A DNA stretch of 64,000 bases. Origin: Octopus sinensis (taxonomy: Eukaryota). The first letter of the stretch is position 1. Each line of letters opens with the position of its first letter. The position numbers and the translations under genes are program-made. Shown here in pieces: positions 51,341 through 64,000 of the stretch. The notes under the pieces were generated by a model. That model saw only the letters and a program-made list of their open reading frames with translations, did no database searches and had not been told where the DNA came from. Location of the stretch: assembly GCF_006345805.1 (NCBI RefSeq), contig NC_042997.1, positions 112,654,001 to 112,718,000 on the forward strand, in the 5' to 3' direction.

Positions 51341-53077
51341 CTGAAAGGAAAAAAAGAAAAAATCAGAAAAAGGAAATTGAAAGAATCATCCAATATCAAA
51401 ACAAAAATCAAAACTTGAATGATGTTATATTCCTTGGAATATTCATCACCTCAAATGAACAAACTCCTTTAACCTTTTTTGTTATTATATTTCAGTGGAA
51501 GCGCAATGGCGCTGTGGTTAGGGAAGCGGACTCGCGGACATAGGATCCCAGTTTCGATTCCCCAGACCGGACATTGTAAGTTTTTATTGAACGAAAACAC
51601 CCAAAGCTCTACTAGGCAGGGGGTAGTGGCGAACCCTGCTGTACTCTTTCTCCACAATTTTCTCTCACTCTTTCTTCCTGTTTCTGTTGCACCTGTATTT
51701 CAAAGGGCCCAGCCTTGTCACACACTGTATCATGCTGAATCTCCCCAAGAACTACGTTAAGGGTACACGTGTCTGTGGAGTGTGCGGCCACTTGCACGTT
51801 AATTTCACGAGCAGGCTATTCCGTTGATCAGATCAACAGGAAACCCTCATCATCGTAACCAACGGAGTGCCACAATCAAATTTCAGCTGCAATACACTTT
51901 GTTTGAATTAATGAAGTTAATTAATGAAATAACGAATTTAGTAAAATAACTTAGTCACTAATAAGCTGGTGTTGAGAACATAAACTTATGAAATTTTGAT
52001 AGCAGGTTTTAATTTAGATCACTTTATGCCTTTTGTTACCATATTTCTGTTGAAATACACCTTTTTGTTTCAATCAATCATCATCAGCAGCAGCATCGTT
52101 TAACGTCTGCTTTCCATCCTGGCATAGGTTGGATGATTTTGACTGAGGGCTGGCGAACCAGATGGCTGCACTAGGCTCCAATCTTGATTTGGCAGAGTTT
52201 CTACAGCTGGATGCCCTTCCTAACACCAACCACTCCGAGAGTGTAGTGGGTGCTTTTTACGTGCCACCAGCACAGGGCCAGTCAGGCGGTACTGGCAATA
52301 ACTTCACTTGAATATTTTAACACATGACACCGGCACAGGTGCCAGTAAGGCGATGTTGGTAACGATCATGCTCGAATGGTGCCCTTTTATGTGCTGCCGG
52401 CACGGAGCCAGTTGGCTGCTCTGGCAATGATCATGCTTGGATGGTGCTCTTGGCACCCTACTAGTACGGGCACAAGTGAACCCTTTCAACTGAGTGAGTC
52501 AACAGTAGAGATTGGAAGTGGCTTTATATGGCGCAGGCTCCTGCCTGGCCAGCTCTTATCAAACCATCCAACCCATGCCAGCATGGAAGGAGGACGTTAA
52601 ACAATGATGATGATGATCAGGGATTAAAATATGAGAGAAAAGGGCCAGAACAGAATAGGTCGCTTGCGATAGAGGAGCCACAGTATCAAAAGAAACGGTT
52701 GGGGGGGGGGAAGTTGGGAGGAACTTGAAAGAGATAAAAGCAGTGGTGGTGAGGTGTCAGGGTAGATCCTCAATGTAAGTGGGGAGTAGAAGTGGGGAGG
52801 AAGAAGGATTGGGAGAGTGGGTGGGTAGTGATTGCAAGAGTGTACTGGAGAGTGGGAGATGAAGGGATGAGAAGGGGGTGTAATATAATGAATGAAGAAC
52901 AAATGTTGAAGTGGCGGGGGATGTACATCTGGACAGAAGATGGGGCAGGTAACCAATGATGTATAGGAGTGAAGCGGAGCAGAATGGTATTGATGGTACA
53001 GAGGAAAGATGAGAGAGAGAGAGAAAGAACATTTTAATTATGCAAAACTTTAATTATATGAACTCATCAATATTTAC

Positions 53078-53229
53078 TTGGCTCTCTTCCTCGGGCTCTT
53101 TGACAAGTTTAGGATTTCTTGGTGCCATAGCTTTTGAGACATACTGAGGGCACAAAACATCATTATCAATAACACTTATCATTTTCCTTTTTTTGCAATT
53201 CACGTGATATTTTAAATTATCTGAAACAG
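53078..53229 (-). CDS. HYDIN: HYDIN coding exon 2
   Basis: ttttcag acceptor with an alternative AG 9 nt downstream (start 53220); donor CAA|GTAAAT. Encodes ...YVSKAMAPRNPKLVKEPEEESQ, similar to vertebrate FQSKVLPPLSPKVVTEEE. 152 nt, phase 1 to 0. Confidence 0.8.
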
Positions 53230-53699
53230 CTGAAAAATGCAAGAAAATAATATAAGTCAAATTACAACTTTAACCCCATCACAACAGTTTTTCATCAGGC
53301 AACCAGGTTGCACTGATGATAATCATCTCAGCCAAGATGAACATTTAATGCACATCAACAGTTTGGCATCTCTATATATAAACAGCAAAATGTCTGTCTG
53401 TGTGTGTGTCCTTTATATAAATCTACAATTTTTCAGTTAGAGGACTCGCACTTTCTATGGTCATTCAAAACCATCCAAGGGTGGTCGTGCACATCTTTAC
53501 ATTTCCCCAGTCACCCTGCAAAGCCATTAAGAAATCAATAGAAGTGACTTTTTTGTGAATTTTCTATCCAAATGCCCGAAACTTGATACGCCAATTGAAT
53601 GCCAGCTAGATGTATGTGATTGGTCGGAGATTTGGACAGTACTCGCGTGTATGTGTGCACGCACGCAGCTGTATATGCATGCACTAGCACTATGACCCG

Positions 53700-55790
53700 G
53701 GGGGCCATTTGCATGACACTGGTATCTGCCATGACTATGGTTTTACTTGGCTTGATGGGTCTTCTTCTCAAGCACAACATAATGGCAAACGTCTCGGTCA
53801 TTCATCATTGCCTCCATGAGACTCAACACTTGAAAGGTGCTTTTCACATGCCACCTTGCCTCTGTAAGGCCCAACACTTGATAGGTACTCTTTATGAGCC
53901 ACCGGCATGAGTGCCAGTTATGTGACATCAGCATTGGCCATAACTATGATTTCACTTGGCTTGACAGGTCTTCTCAAGCACAGCATATCGCCAAAGGTCT
54001 GTCACAAATCATTGCCTCTATGAGGCCCAAATTCGAAGATCATACTTCACCACCTCGTCCCAGGTCTTCTTTCGGTCTACATCTACCACAGATTCTTCCC
54101 TCCACAGTTAGAGATTGGCACTTCTTTACATAGCTGTCCTCATCTATATGCATCACATGACCATACCAGCACAGTCATCTCTCTTGCACACCACATCTGA
54201 TGCCTCTTAAGTCCAACTTTTCTCTCAAGATGCTTACACATCCAGTGAACCATACTGGCTTCATTTCTTTCAAACCTATGCATGACCCCGGCTGTCACAA
54301 CCTATGTTTCACTGTTGTGTAACATAGCTGTTTACACACAAGCATCATACAATTTGCCTTTCACTCTGAGGGAGAGGCCCTTTGCTTCTAGCAGAGGTAG
54401 GAGCTCTCTGAACTTAGCCTGGCCAATTCTTATTTTCACAGCCATGCTCTTGGAGCATCCACCTCCACTACTAACTTCGTCACCTAGATAACAGAAGCTA
54501 CTACTTCTAGCTTACCCCATTGGCAGTTGATGGAGTCTATTTTCAGCACATCTTCAGTGTTAATTGTCCCTGTGCATTTTCCACACACAAAAGCTATTTT
54601 CCCTGTTAACCTTCCTCTGATATTGCTGTACCTCTTATGTGCCTATAGCCTACACCGGGTACATCTTATGGAGTTTCTACCTATGCCTTTTCTACAGATC
54701 AAGCAGGGTCACCTACCTGAAAGGATTTGTGATTTGTCTGCCTTCCTGCTTACTAAGACTTTGAATTTTGCTAGGTTAACTCTAAGGCCCTTCGATTCTA
54801 GACCTTGCTTCAATACCTGAAACTTATTCTCTAGTTCTGGAAGTGATTCAGCTATTAGAACAAGGTTATCAGCATAGAGAAACTCCCAGGGGCTGCCTGT
54901 CTAAAATTCCTGTTATTGCCTGGAGGACTATGATGAACAGGGCACAAAACCAAACTGCATCTCATCTCAACTAACTCACTCCCTAATTAGTTGGGCTATG
55001 ATGCTCTCCGTAACTTTCATCACCTGGTCCAACAATTTGATACCTCTGTAATTATTTCTAAGGCATTGCCTTTACCTTTGTAGCAGTTGACTATGGTGCT
55101 GCTACACCAGTCATTGGGTATACCTCCATCGTGAACCACCTGATTTACAATATGGGTGACCTTAACCCACACCACCCAATATTTTAAGCATCTTAGCAGT
55201 GATTCCTGATGGGCCAGGTGCTTTCCCTGTCTTCATATCCTTAATTGTTTTATCTACCAGGTACTGTCAATTCAGGTAGCTGGTCCTTCAACTGAGTCAA
55301 CATTTGGCAGACTCTCCTCCTCCCATTCATTTGCCACGTTCAGCAGTCTTTCATAATGGCATCTCCAAGCCTTTTTCTTTGCACAATCATTAAACACAAG
55401 GGCACCATCATCCATGCAGACAAATTTCTCTCCTGTGACATCACAATTTTCTGTCACACACCGTCTTGCAATCTGAAATACTTCAGTTCTTTGGTCCCCC
55501 CTCACCGCGTCGCTGAACATTGGCAAAATTCTTCTTTTCTGCTTCTTCCATGGTTATATATATCTTTCTCCCAACTTCTATTCTGGCTATCTGGTACAGT
55601 TCCATACTACCTCCACCCCTCCAGGCCTGCGTCTTTGCTCTAAAGGCCTTGTCTACAGCATCATTCCACCACGTCACCCTAGCTGTGAATGGGACTTCGC
55701 AAGTTTCCTGTCTTCACTGGCAACATGCCTTGTAGAGGTAACTGGTGAGGCTCAGCTTTGCCATTACCCGTGGCAACGCTGCAAGCATGC
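53700..55790 (-). mobile_element. Decayed RTE-clade LINE (RT region and 3' UTR)
   Basis: WWNDAVDKA, YRGIKLLDQVMKV, MQFGFVP and PWEFLYADNLVLIAES (YADD changed to YADN); same family as 46960-48048. Confidence 0.88.
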
Positions 55791-56522
55791 TGGCAGGTCT
55801 CCATTGCCATTAGAAAGGTTTCCCAGCGCCCCACCTTTTCAACCGAAAATGGTGAAGTGGTTGTTGCTTTTTTTTTTTGTTTTTTTCCCTTTATCTCTTT
55901 CTTATTTCTCTTTTTTTCTTTTTAAATTTTTTCAATTGTGTTCTGTTTTGTCCAGTTTTCTAATTTAATTTTGTAAAACGGTAAACACTGTGAAGGCAAT
56001 AAAAATTTTAATTCTGGTGGTTGAAAAAATAAACGAGAATGTGCATTTATATATGATGCATAAATACCAGGGGAAAATCTCCGTCGTATCACATGTAATA
56101 CACAGGACAGGCAAAACGCTAATATCACGCTGCAATTCTTCAGAGTTTGCGAGGCATTCCCCATTTGTCCCTATTTTAACTCTGAAAAGGTAAACTTACA
56201 TACATATACGCACATAAACGTATATGTTTGTGTACACACACACAATAGCTGTTTGGTATCATGTATCATCATTTTGAAATATATTTCCCAAACTTTTTTG
56301 CCAATTTAAACTTCATAAATTAAGCTGAATTTATGAAGTTTTAAGAACTAAACTCTCCCCTCCCCTTCTTTTAAGACCAATTAAATAGAATTAATTGGAG
56401 ACAAGAATAGTTGTTAAAAAAAATAATGTTAAAACAATAATTTCAACATACATAAATGATAACAAACAAAACTGACAACGAAAATTCAAAAGAGGAAATA
56501 AAAAAATCAGAGAAAGACTTAC

Positions 56523-56571
56523 CTGACATGGAATACTCCGTCTTCCAGCGACATAAGTTTTTGGTTGTCAT
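56523..56571 (-). CDS. HYDIN: HYDIN coding exon 1 (candidate start exon)
   Basis: Minus strand reads ATG ACA ACC ... ATG TCA G|GTAAGT (MTTKNLCRWKTEYSMS). Consensus donor, phase 1 matching exon 2, in-frame upstream TGA. The start could instead be the second ATG at 56529. No homology support for this exon. Confidence 0.6.
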
Positions 56572-57085
56572 GAGTAACACAGGGATGATGGGAACCTGAG
56601 GGTGGTTTCAGTGATTATCGACTTATTCCAGTCGTTCGTTGACTCGTTTGTTAATTTACCTTAAACCTATTGTAATTTCTCGGGGTATATTTATAACACA
56701 ATATCGTTATTGTATAATATAATTATTATGTATTAAATGTGTGTGAGTGTGTATATATGAGTGTGTGTGTGTGTGTGTATATGTGTGCGTGTGTGTGTGC
56801 ATGTGTGTGTGTGTGTATGAGTATGTGTGTGCGCATGTGTGTGTGTGAGGGTGGGGTGTATAAGCAGAAAAACAAATTTCACATACAGTTCATGCTACAA
56901 TGACCAGCTATAAACTGAGGTATTACCGTTATCTTTCACTTTTCTCTCCCTCCCTCATACATATAATGTATGGAGGGACGGGTGGATGTATGGATAGATA
57001 CGGAAATGGATATATGTGTACTAGTTGGGCATTGGTTTTATGCTAGTTGCAGTCTCTACGGTTAGATTACATAAGCGACCAAACA

Positions 57086-57099
57086 AGCTCCATGGTAAC
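57086..57099. promoter_or_regulatory. Candidate X-box (RFX site) upstream of HYDIN
   Basis: AGCTCCATGGTAAC: a perfect GGTAAC half-site with CCAT core and a degenerate left half, about 515 bp upstream of the first ATG. RFX factors are established regulators of ciliary genes. Confidence 0.55.
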
Positions 57100-59284
57100 G
57101 AGGAACGCTTTAAGAGTCGCGCCAGCAAGATCGGAATTACGTATGTAACACGTGTGTATATAGGATATAGGAATAATACAAAACCGCATTAAAACACAAA
57201 TCCTAAACAATAGACGTAAGTCTTCCGTAATATAAGTTTTTTTTACAAAGGAAAAGAAAAATAGAAATTGTTGTCAAAATGTTGTGTAGCCCTAGGCCAG
57301 TCCTGAATGACCACACATACGTTTAATCATTAAACGTGTTCGTTCCATCTTTTTGTATACGAAGGACTACACTATCCAAAGTTCTTTCTTTTTAAAAAAA
57401 AATAAGACAGTGGACTGTGATTAGAAGAAATGAGGCTGCTATTTCTAGCTGATCGAGCGACAGGCGAACTGACAGAATCGTTAGCACTCCGGGCAAAATG
57501 TCAAGCAGCATTTCGTCCGTTTTACATTGAGTTTGAATGCCACCGGGGTCGACTTTGTCTTTCATTTTTTCGGGCTCGATAAAATAATTAGCAGTTGAGT
57601 ACTGGGGTCGATGTAAACTACTAACCCCCTTCCGCAGACTTGCAAGCCATGGGCCCAAATTTGTAACCGATATTATATAGAAGAGAGTGAGCTGGCATGA
57701 TTGTTACTACGCTGGATACTTGATGTCAGTGAACGTTCTACACCAATGGAATATTCACTCCAAAGCAAGGATTGGGGATTTCTTGAACAGAGAATCGAAT
57801 AAACGAACAAGCAAATAACGTCATTTTTCACTTAATGACGTCTTTGAAAATGAAACTGCCTTGAAATTAACAGGCTAACATCTCGTGATTTATTTCAAAT
57901 ATATACATTTATACGTTACACATTAACTGAAAATTTTGATAATTTAATAATTACATATACAACACGTAGGTATATAACCACATGGTTCCGGGTTCAGTCC
58001 CACTGCGTGGCAGCTTGGGCAAGTGTCTACTATAACCTCGGGCCGACCAAATCCTTGTGAGTTGATTTGGTAGACGGAAACTGAAAGAAGCCCGTTGTAT
58101 ATATGTATGTATATATACATATATATATATGTATATATACATATATATATATGTATATATACTCTCTCTTTTACTGGTTTCAGTCATGTGACTGTTGCCA
58201 TGCTGGAGCACCACCTTTAGTCGAGCAAATCGACCACTGAGCATATTCCTTGTAAGCCTAATACTTATTCTATCGGCCTCTTTTGCCGAACCACTAAGTT
58301 ACGGGGACATAAGCACACCAGCATCGGTTGTCAAGCGATGTTGGGGGGACAAACATATACACACATACATCATCATCATCATCGTTTAACGTCCGCTTTC
58401 CATGCTATCATAGGTTGGACGATTTGACTGAGGACTGGCGAACCAGAAGGCTGCACCAGGCTCCAGTCTGATCTGGCAGAGTTTCTACAGATTGATGCCC
58501 TTCCTGACACCAACCACTCCGAGATTGTAGTGGGTGTTTTTACGATGGCCAGTCAGGCAATACTGGCAACAGCCATGCTCAAGTGGTGTTTTTTACGTGC
58601 CACCTGCACAGGAGCCAGTCCAGCAGCACTGGCAACAATCTCGCTCACGACAGGCTTTTTCCAGTTTCCGTCTACCAAATCCACTCACAAGGCTTTGGTC
58701 AGTCCAAGGCTATAGTAGAAGACACCTGCCCAAGGTGCCACACAGTCGGACTGAACCTAGGACCATGTGGTTGGTAAGCAAGCTACTTACCACACAGCTA
58801 CTCCTTGCACCTATATATATATATATAATACAAGACCACATTAAAATACAAATTCAAAACCAAAGAAAACACATGTATGAGCAAAAAATGATGAAATTTA
58901 TTAGAATGAAGCAAATATTCTTTTCTACTTTAGGTACAAGGCCTGAAATTTTAGGGGAAGGGGGCCAATCGATTAGATCGAACACAGTACGTAACTGCTA
59001 CTTAATTTATCGACCCTGAAAGGATGAAAGGCAAAGTTGACCTCGACAGAATTTGACTCAGTTGTTGATATTTGAGATGGAGTAATACCATCTCAATCAC
59101 AGATTTTTTAATTAATTTTTTTTAACTAAACGGTTAGAGACTTCGAATACTGGTAGAATTTCTCATGTAAAACAGTTTACTCTGAACATTTTTGACAAAA
59201 TTTCGTATTTTAGAAGTTATTTCGTGTTAAAGTTGTCATATTTGGGTAATTACAACCAACCAATGACGTGTATTTAACTGAAGA

Positions 59285-60055
59285 AATTTTTCCAGGAAAT
59301 CCTTCCTCCCTTTCATCTACCCGTCCTTGGAATTTTCCAGGAAGTCCCCATCCCCACTCCTGGAACTTTTCCACAAAGTCCTCCCTGGAGTTTACCAGGA
59401 AGTCCCTCCACCGCGTCATCTCCCATCTTTGGAATTTTCCAGAAAGTCCCCATTACTTGAACTTTTCCAGGAAGTCCCCATCACCCCTCCTTGGATTTTT
59501 CCAGGAAGTCTTTCATCTCCCCTCTCGGATTTTCCAGGATGTCATTCCTCCCTTTCCACCCACATCTCCCCTCCTTGGAATTTTCCCTTTCCAGGAAGTC
59601 TCTATTCCCTTACTCGGATTTCTCTATGAAGTCCTTCCTCTGCTCATCTCCCTTCCTTGGAATTTTCCAGCAAGTCCTTCCTCCCCTCGTCTCCCCTCTT
59701 TGGAAATTTACAAGAAGTCCCCATCCCTGTCCTCGGACTTTTCCAGAAAGACCCCATCCCCAACCTTGGATTTTTCTAGGAAGTTACCATGGCCCTCATC
59801 GGACTTTTCCAAGAAGTCCACATCCCCCTCCTCGGATTTTCCAGGAAGTCCTTTCTCCCTTTCATCTCTCCCTATCCCCGCACTCAGATTTTTCCAGGTG
59901 TTCCCATCCTCGGATTTTTCCAGGAAGCTCTACCTCCTTGGAATATTCCAGGAAGTCCCCTCCTTGGATTTTTCCAATAAGTCCTTCATCCATGGAATTT
60001 TTCAAGAAGTTCTGATCCCCCTTCATTGACTTTTCCAGAAAACCCCTCTCCTCAG
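59285..60055. repeat. Degenerate ~30 bp repeat with GGA(A/T)TTTTCCAGGAAGTCC core
   Basis: About 22 imperfect units separated by C/T-rich spacers. Confidence 0.85.
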
Positions 60056-62069
60056 ATGTTTCTGTTCTCATCCTCTTCCTCAGAGGCAGAATGAATGAGT
60101 GTGCAGATGAATGCTGAATGTGCCAGAAACTGAGGCAGTGAGCATGCAAAGGTGTATACATGAGTGCGAGAGAAAGTCCTGCAGCTGTGGGAATAAGCTG
60201 AGGCAAGTGGATGTGTGCATTCTTTATCCATGATATCAGCAAAAGTTGTCTTGCAGGATTGCATTTTGTGGGAAAATGCCTTGAAAAAAAATAGGAAGTG
60301 AATTGTGTCAGGTGTTGTTGTGAGCATTTGCTAACCTTAGCCAGAATAATGACAGTGTGGCATGCTGGCATATTGCAATGGACAGACAATTTTCTCTATT
60401 AAGTTTGTGACCAACCAGGCATGGCTGTGTGGTAAGTAGCATGCATGCTTACCAACTACATGGTCCTGGGTTTAGTCTCACTGTGTGGCACCTTGGGCAA
60501 ATGTCTTCTACTATAGCATTAGGCCGACCGAAGCCTTATGAGTGGATTTGGTAGGCAGAAACTGAAAGAAGCTCGTCGTATATATATACATATATGTATA
60601 TGTTTGTGTGTTTATGTTTGTCCCCCAACATCGCTTGACAACCGATGCTGGTGTGTTTATTGCCCCATAACTTAGCAGTTTAGCAAAAGAGACTGATAGA
60701 ATAAGTACTAGGCATACAAAGAATAAATCCTGGTGTCGATTTGTTCAACTAAAGGCAGTGCTCCAACATGGCCACAGTCAAATGACTGAAACAAATAAAA
60801 GAATAAAGAAAAACCTGGGGTCAAACAGGAACAAGTTGTTTCAGGCAAGAGCGCAAAGAGCCTGAGTCAACATCCGACATACACAGAGTCGGGAAAAAGA
60901 GCTGAGTGGGCACAGACATGATGTGAACAGTTCTAAAGGCATAACATTATGGTGCATGTGTAGAACTGGGTATGTGCCAAGAGAGAAATTGCAGACATTC
61001 AAAAGAACTTGTAGCAGAAACCATGCAATTAAAACAGGTGAGCAATGCGTGTGCATGAAATGTGAAATGCTAATGGCCAACAAGAAAAAATATAAAAATA
61101 TAGAACATTCAAAAACATATGCATATGTAGCGGCACAAGCAGTCAGTGCCATATTGGATGAGATCTCGTGGCAGCCATTGCCATTTCTGAGACTGGAGCA
61201 AGACCTCACCTGCATCCATTTGCCATGCGTGAGATCACAATCAGGCTCGCAATTGGCAAACTGTATATAAGGGCAAAACAGAAACAGATTCATTCCTTTT
61301 CTCTCCGCTTCTACGCAGCAGCGCTTGCTGAGCACACTTCACTGGCTGGGCCTGTCTGCATGTTGTACCTCCAGAAGCAATGTGCCCACACTAATGGAGA
61401 TACAACACCACCCACACAGCTTGAGATGGTTGCTGAGAGCCACGTACTTCACCTGTTCTGTGAAACTTGTAAATAAACCAGTTGTAAATTGCATTTGTAC
61501 TTAAAGACTTCTTTCTTCGCCTGCTGGAGCCTGAACTACACGAAGAACAAGATATAATGGGAGAAGGTGATATCCTCCCAATATCATAAACCTTGCCTTC
61601 CATTATACATATGAATCCAGTTGTTTTAGTGAAGCGAGTCATCACAGAATTGAGTGTTATGTGTAAAAAAATGAAGGTGTGCAGCGCAAACAAAACAGAA
61701 TGAAATAAGCGAAAATGACAAACTTGGCTAGAAAGTTCCCTGGTCCTGAAAAACTAAAAAGTAGCATTTGAAATGCAAAAATAGGTGCATGCAAAGAAAG
61801 TTCAAATCTATGGCTGTCGAAAAAGTTGCCTGTGTGGGCTTCCATAGAGTTATCCGATTAATTCTTGGTTGGATAACTGTTTGAAATGCTGAATTTACTT
61901 ATGTCAGTGGTTTCTGTGGTGGATCTGTGCATCGGATTGCAGTGCATTCTCTGGCATGTCGAAAGTGAATTGTGGGTGTCCATTGTGTCAGCGAGTTCTT
62001 TTCCTTTGTGTTGTGTAGTGAAAGTTGTTATTCTTGTCTTCAATGTGATGAGCATGATGTGAAAGCTGT

Positions 62070-64000
62070 AATTCTTGAGCTCGGGTCACCAGAACGTAAT
62101 GATGAAATGGAAAATTTAACCGCAGAACAAAAAATTGTCTTCATTTTCCAAATGCAATGAAGTTGGTGATGCAGAGACAGTCATGTATTAGAACATCGAG
62201 AAGCATATGCAGCAATGGCTGTTAGATGAAGGCTGTAGATCTTTTAGCTCGGGGTCACCAATTGTAGTAGGAAAGATGTAGCAAAAGATGTTGAGGTAGC
62301 AGATGAAAGAGTTATGTGGACAACATCAAAGTAAAACAATGGGAATGTATCTGATTGTGGTTTAAATAATTTATCTAAACGACACTTGCATTTACTTGTT
62401 GTATACACCAAAAAATTCACTACATGATATTACCAACTTACTTCAAGCTGGCCAAGAAGGAATTAACAGAGTAAATACTGTGTCAATACAATGAGGTAGA
62501 ACTGGACATGTTCTGTGTCTGTGTGTGCATTGTGTAGTTTGCCACTTATTGCAGGCTTACACAGCAGTTCCAAAAATGCAGCCCACTTAAAGGACAAACT
62601 TTCCCTCAGCTATGCTACTAGAAGGACGGAACAATTTGTTCAGGTTGCCTGCTCCATTGACAGAGACAAGTATATGCTATATCCACCATTCTTAATCAAG
62701 GATCCTATCTGAAATATGTGAACTCAATCATTCTCACTGACACATTAATGATTCCTGTGTTTGCATTACATGCCTGAAGGATATCGCCGATAACAATGAT
62801 GTATTTGGAGGGAAGTTTACAGTTTTGGGAGGCATTTTCAGACAATTATTACTCCTTTTGCTTATAGGAACTCAAGAAGCAATCATTGGCATTCAAAGTA
62901 AGAAATATACTTTATGATAATGCTTCAAACAAGCTAAGCAAGAACTTGAGAGCATCAAAAAGCAAAGATATTTTGTCTCCTGGTGACAACTTGGCTATGG
63001 AACTACTAGCCAATTCAATGAGCCACATGCATCAGATAATGGCATTGAAAATTTCATTTGTTAGTGGCTCTCTGTTTAAAGATATCTTCAGTAATACATC
63101 TCATGAAGAGAGCTGAAGACATGTAATACTTTTGCCAAAGAATTCTGGTTGCTTCTCAATAAATGAAGAAGTATTTAGTGAAATCCTAGGAGATATTATT
63201 ACTTATTATAATCCAGATAAAGTACGCTCTGGTGACCCCATTTAATCTGGTCATTACTTAGTTGAATTCCTCAATTTATTAAAACCTGTGACAATTGGCT
63301 TCAACCCCACGTTTTGCCACATAGAAATTACAATTTGATCATGTGCACAAACCCATTTGTTGTCCAATCAACAGCTGTTGTTCACATGATAGTTTGACTA
63401 GAACCTTTCATGAACACAGCCTACAAATACAGTTCAATTGAGCATCAAAACCCCAGAGTGATTCAGTTCCTGGTGGTGTTCACTCTCCACAAATAGCTGT
63501 TTGTACAGCTACAACTTGGAACGATCGAAGAAAACACCGCAGCAACAAAAATGTGTAAAAAATTTGCCGAATGTCGAATTTCTAATGAAGACTTTCTTCA
63601 CTTGCCATATACGTTGTTTCATCTGAATATTTCTTTAGCTTGTAATGCAGGAACACCTGCAACAATAAATTATTTTCATCATTTCCTCAAACTCTCAGGA
63701 ATGCCACTCTCATAAATAACATTTAAGGGCGCGGGAAGCTTGATAATAATGCTTTTACGTGGCCTTTTGATTTAGGATGAAGTAAAGAAATAGAACAAGT
63801 CTTGTATTAGCGATTTATGAACATTCAAGCAAATAACTGGCACTCTTATTGGCTGGTGTGTTCTCATTCCCTGAGTCAAGCTCACACAAAGTGGTCCCAA
63901 CTTGCTCTTTAACTTCGAAAGAACTCAGTTCCCAGTTTGTCTTATGCTACGACAATGAATAAATCGCAATGACAAACTTTTGATACAGTTGCTGTGAACA
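62070..64000 (+). mobile_element. Decayed Helitron Rep/PIF1-helicase remnant
   Basis: Frame-broken motifs ENLTAEQKIVF, FGGK..VLGG.FRQ, VILLPKN..INEEV and LRRTQFP..YATTMNKSQ.QTFDTV. Confidence 0.75.

Noticed and set aside
56860-57060. Non-coding first exon of HYDIN (possible donor at 56927)
   Set aside because: The donor is weak and there is no convincing polypyrimidine acceptor before exon 1. It cannot be supported without transcripts.
59268-60029. 253 aa ORF and overlapping ORFs
   Set aside because: They are open in several frames because of a stop-poor low-complexity repeat, with no recognisable domain.
60923-61270. Cys-rich 115 aa ORF as a zinc-finger gene
   Set aside because: No recognisable motif spacing or splice structure; it lies between a SINE and Helitron debris.

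Overview
AT-rich, repeat-dense metazoan genomic DNA. The repeat families look cephalopod, most likely Octopus; this is recognition from memory, not a database hit. The window holds the 5' part of HYDIN (central-pair protein of motile cilia and flagella) on the minus strand. I read 20 GT-AG coding exons by hand from 56571 down to 1700. All junction phases are compatible and they give 3234 nt, or 1078 codons, collinear with the vertebrate HYDIN N-terminus; the gene continues past base 1. An RFX/X-box-like motif lies about 0.5 kb upstream of the first ATG. Introns are filled with tRNA-derived SINEs, about 29 3' tails of an RTE LINE, CR1-type and RLE-type (R4/Dong-like) LINE remnants, Tc1/mariner remnants and MITEs, and Helitron-like elements. 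A decayed Helitron helicase occupies the right end. The most notable unannotated signal is at least four unrelated families of short non-coding elements that carry minimal type-I hammerhead-ribozyme motifs with palindromic or near-palindromic stem III, the dimer-type hammerhead known from Penelope-like elements. They often occur as inverted (foldback) pairs, and most sit next to (TA)n tracts. They include a ~2 kb inverted tandem array of a ~555 bp unit with one hammerhead per unit (retrozyme-like), and a head-to-head palindromic element joining a Pol III tRNA-like head to a hammerhead tail. Ribozyme activity is inferred from hand-folded motifs only and has not been tested. I found no rRNA, true tRNA or CRISPR features.
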